DNA of 36,842 bases from Macrostomum lignano. Taxonomy: Eukaryota. Below the pieces are notes generated by a model. It saw nothing but the letters and a program-made list of their open reading frames with translations. It had not been told where the DNA came from and made no database searches. Positions 33,579-36,842 of this stretch are shown in pieces. The position numbers and the translations under genes are program-made. Position 1 is the first letter of the stretch. Each line of letters opens with the position of its first letter. Location: NCBI GenBank assembly GCA_002269645.1, contig NIVC01004045.1:1-36842 (forward strand). Direction: 5' to 3'.

Positions 33579-33774
33579 CTGCGGAGGGTGAGACAGGGGG
33601 TCCACAGGTAAAACTCCAAATATAGCTTGTAATACGGATCAGGGAAAGTAGGGAAACTAATTTGCAAGCTTTAGGCTTAAATTTCATCGCCTGCGAAAGG
33701 CGCCTTTAATAAGTAATACTTCATAAATAAAAAATAGGCAAGTTCTGTTTCTAAACTGCCGAGGCAAATGAAGA

Positions 33775-34820
33775 TAAGATCCCATTCAGATCGCGAGGCG
33801 AGTTCAGATCCCAAGGCCAGATCCCGGGGCGAGTTCAGATCCCATTCCCAAAGCCAGATCCCGGGTGAGTTCAGATCCCAAGGCCAGATCCCGGGGCGAG
33901 TTCAGATCCCATTCCCAAAGCCAGATCCCGGGGCGAGTTCAGATCCCAAAGCCAGATCCTGGGGCGAGTTCAGATCCCAAGGCCAGATCCCGGGGCGAGT
34001 TCAGATCCCAAAGCCAGATCATGGGGCGAGTTCAGATCCCAAGGCCAGATCCCGGGGCGAGTTCAGATCCCAAAGCCAGATCCTGGGGCGGGTTCAGATC
34101 CCAAAGTCAGATCCCGGGGCGAGTTCAGATCCCAAGGCGAGTTCAGATCCCAAAGCCAGATCCCGGGGCGAGTTCAGATCCCAAAGCCAGATCCCGGGGC
34201 GAGTTCAGATCCCATTCCCAAAGCCAGATCCCGGGGTGAGTTCAGATCCCAAGGCCAGATCCCGGGGCGAGTTCAGATCCCATTCCCAAAGCCAGATCCC
34301 GGGGCGAGTTCAGATCCCAAAGCCAGATCCTGGGGCGAGTTCAGATCCCAAGGCCAGATCCCGGGGCGAGTTCAGATCCCAAAGCCAGATCATGGGGCGA
34401 GTTCAGATCCCAAGGCCAGATCCCGGGGCGAGTTCAGATCCCAAAGCCAGATCCTGGGGCGGGTTCAGATCCCAAAGTCAGATCCCGGGGCGAGTTCAGA
34501 TCCCAAGGCGAGTTCAGATCCCGGTGCGAGTTCAGATCCCAAGGCGAGTTCAGATCCCAAGGCCAGATCCCGTGGCGAGTTCAGATCCCAAGGCCAGATC
34601 CCAGGGCCAGATCCCAAGGCCAGATCCCGGAGCGAGTTCAGATCCCAAGGCCAGATCCCGGGGCGAGTTCAGATCCCAAGGCCAGATCCCAAAGCCAGAT
34701 CCCGGGGCGAGTTCAGATCCCAAGGCCAGATCCCGGGGCGAGTTCAGATCCCAAAGTCAGATCCCGGGGCGAGTTCAGATCCCAAGGCCAGATCCCGGGG
34801 CGAGTTCAGATCCCAAAGTC
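33775..34820. repeat. 31 nt minisatellite (GTTCAGATCCCAAGGCCAGATCCCGGGGCGA)
   Basis: About 33 copies filling the intron; source of the 355-aa spurious ORF. Confidence 0.95.
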
Positions 34821-34844
34821 AGACACAGAAAGTGACAGACTTAC

Positions 34845-35070
34845 AAATGCGAGCTGTTTTCTTCGCCAAGCGCCATCGAAGACCCATCCGAGCCGAACTG
34901 GATCGGCGCTCCATCCTTTGACCAGCGGACGGCCTCCTTGCCGACTCTGCAGCGTCTCACTTTGCAAACAATAGCGGCGTTGGTAAAATAATTAACAAAA
35001 GATGAATTGTCGCTAATTCTGAGACTGCATCCTTCCAGACGTGGCAGCAGCAATAGGCTTGCTGCAGTCG
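34845..35070 (-). CDS. Ig-domain membrane protein exon (end of signal peptide and first half of Ig1)
   Basis: ttcaacag|CG ... CATTT|gtaagt, phase 1/2. Encodes TAASLLLLPRLEGCS..AAIVCKV..AVRWSKDG (Ig B-strand Cys, C-strand Trp). Acceptor position is less certain than the donor. Confidence 0.72.
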
Positions 35071-36842
35071 CTGTTGAAAGCGGTGGATTGTGGGTTTGTG
35101 AAATTTAGCGACGCATTCATAGAATTTAGCTCATACGATGACAGTAAAAGAAAACAGTATCGAGAAGGCATGCATACAAAGGCATATAGCTGTCCAGGTG
35201 CAAAGCATGTCGAAAAACAAAGCTTGCAGCGTTTTTGCCATAGACAACTAAGGAATGTGCAGTAGCCAAGCGATATGCGTACGGAGGCTTCGCGGAGTGA
35301 AATTGTGCACCCCCAAATTTAAGACAGCATTCGAGCAATCCATGGTTTTATTTGTCCATGGGTCAAAAAAGCATCAATTTTGTCAAGCTCAGCCACATGT
35401 AGGTATATGAGATTGATCGACACGATAGCACCTGACAATTCAATTCAGACTCCACCTTATGAGCTTAAGTTTACATAAAAGTCCCAAATTTTCATCTTTG
35501 CTTGCTCTCTCCTATCCCAGGTCCAGTTTTTGTCACTTTTTTGCCAAATCCAGCTTCCTGGTGTCACTGTGACCAAAATGACGTATCATTTGTGTACATA
35601 GGTTACTTTAGGTTCACTTTATGAGCTTAATTAAGTTGACAGGCCCTTTTAAAATCATGCACAAAATTCCGGAACGCGGCTCGAACTTACCTAATAAAGC
35701 TTTCAAAACTAGCAAGTTCATGTCGGACCCAATTTAATCCAGATCGATTTAATAGCTATTGCGGATAACAGTTTTATTCTTAATGGAAGAAAATTTATAT
35801 TTACTTACTTCCTAATTCTTAGCGTCATATATACGTGCTACATGTATACATCTTTGAAGACACTGCAGGCGGAAATGCACAGTAATCGCAGTTTACACCA
35901 AAGCCCACATCTACATCTAATAGCTATCCATAGAAATCCGACGTACTGCTGTATATGAAAGTTACGTACAATTAAAGTTAAGATTGGATCGCAAAACAGA
36001 TAGACGCATAGATACACGTGAAAGCAGCTAACCTTCTTGACACTACGTAGTGTGCAGAAAGTTGTTGATTTTGGAGGTGAGGTGGGTGTCAGAGCCAATG
36101 CAAATTCAGCGCCTATCTAAATACATTAGACCAATTCTAATTGGTCCAGAGTCATTATGTGAGATATGCATGTAACTCTCATGTAAATCTAATTATACAT
36201 GTAATCAGTGTACACTGTGTCGTACAGAAGCGACGACCAGTACAATATAGTACGCATAATTAGCGCTCCGCAGTTGTTGTACGCAGAAACGCGCGCGCCC
36301 CCAGCCCCGCACAATGCAGCATTGGTGTAGCGCAGAATTAACTGTCCATATTAACTGTCCATATACCAAAAATTGGCAGAATTAGAGCGCCCACCCACCC
36401 CATAACTGGCCATATTATTACTTGTCCATATTTACTGTCCATCCCAAAATTGGTGTACACGCAGAATTGTAGCGCCCACCCATCCAAGAAAATATTCTGT
36501 CGCCTCTCACAATTAATTGGAGGCCCCGCGCGGAGGCATGATGAGTCAGTCAGCCAGTAAATCGCCGCTGTCCACCCCTCTGCCCTGCGCTGGCCGCTAT
36601 AGCTACCAGCAGTGTTACGCAACAACCCGGTCGAGCCACAATGCTAACTTTATAGCCAGACACGTCATCAAGGTGGGAAAACACAAACTTCTATGCATGA
36701 AATATTCTCGTAAATGCCAAACCAACTTTGTTCAGACAGCAAACTATAAATAAGAAAATTTGGATTCTCGCCGCCGTTTATCTAAATTCACCAAGTTCAA
36801 TTAACAACCCAATCATTGGAAAACGCAGTGTTTGACAAGCAA

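Noticed and set aside
36550-36680. Possible signal-peptide first exon of the Ig gene (..CCVTLLVAIAASAGQR)
   Set aside because: No in-frame ATG without assuming another indel, and the donor is weak; left unassigned.

Overview
Eukaryotic (metazoan) genomic DNA: GC-rich, Ala/Arg-biased exons joined by GT-AG introns, most of them carrying their own micro- or minisatellite. The style is reminiscent of the flatworm Macrostomum, but this is an inference. Four spliced genes can be reconstructed with matching intron phases: (1) a TTC28 orthologue on + (6 exons, 3032-15866, 5' end not found; TPR array plus degenerate CHAT region; one apparent 1-nt deletion near 8605); (2) a divergent PKA regulatory-subunit-like protein with two cNMP-binding domains on - (3 exons, 19014-16936, 355 aa, no docking/dimerisation domain); (3) WBP11 on - (3 exons, 23378-20146, 443 aa); (4) an unnamed type I membrane protein with three Ig-like domains on - (at least 5 exons, 35070-30195; one apparent 1-nt deletion near 33210-33270). 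The AT-rich interval 23400-30150 holds transposon debris: a Penelope-type RT remnant interrupted by a MITE with a 6-bp TSD, a hairpin MITE, two Merlin-like MITEs, a hAT-like element and a deleted long-TIR mariner. A 176-bp solo LTR sits inside an intronic satellite. Most long ORFs in the supplied track are repeat translations or antisense shadows. No CRISPR array, rRNA or tRNA was seen, and I found no evidence of a novel multi-gene system. The best leads are the atypical PKA-R-like gene with its upstream AP-1-motif array, the orphan Ig membrane protein and the splice-signal-bearing intronic satellites.
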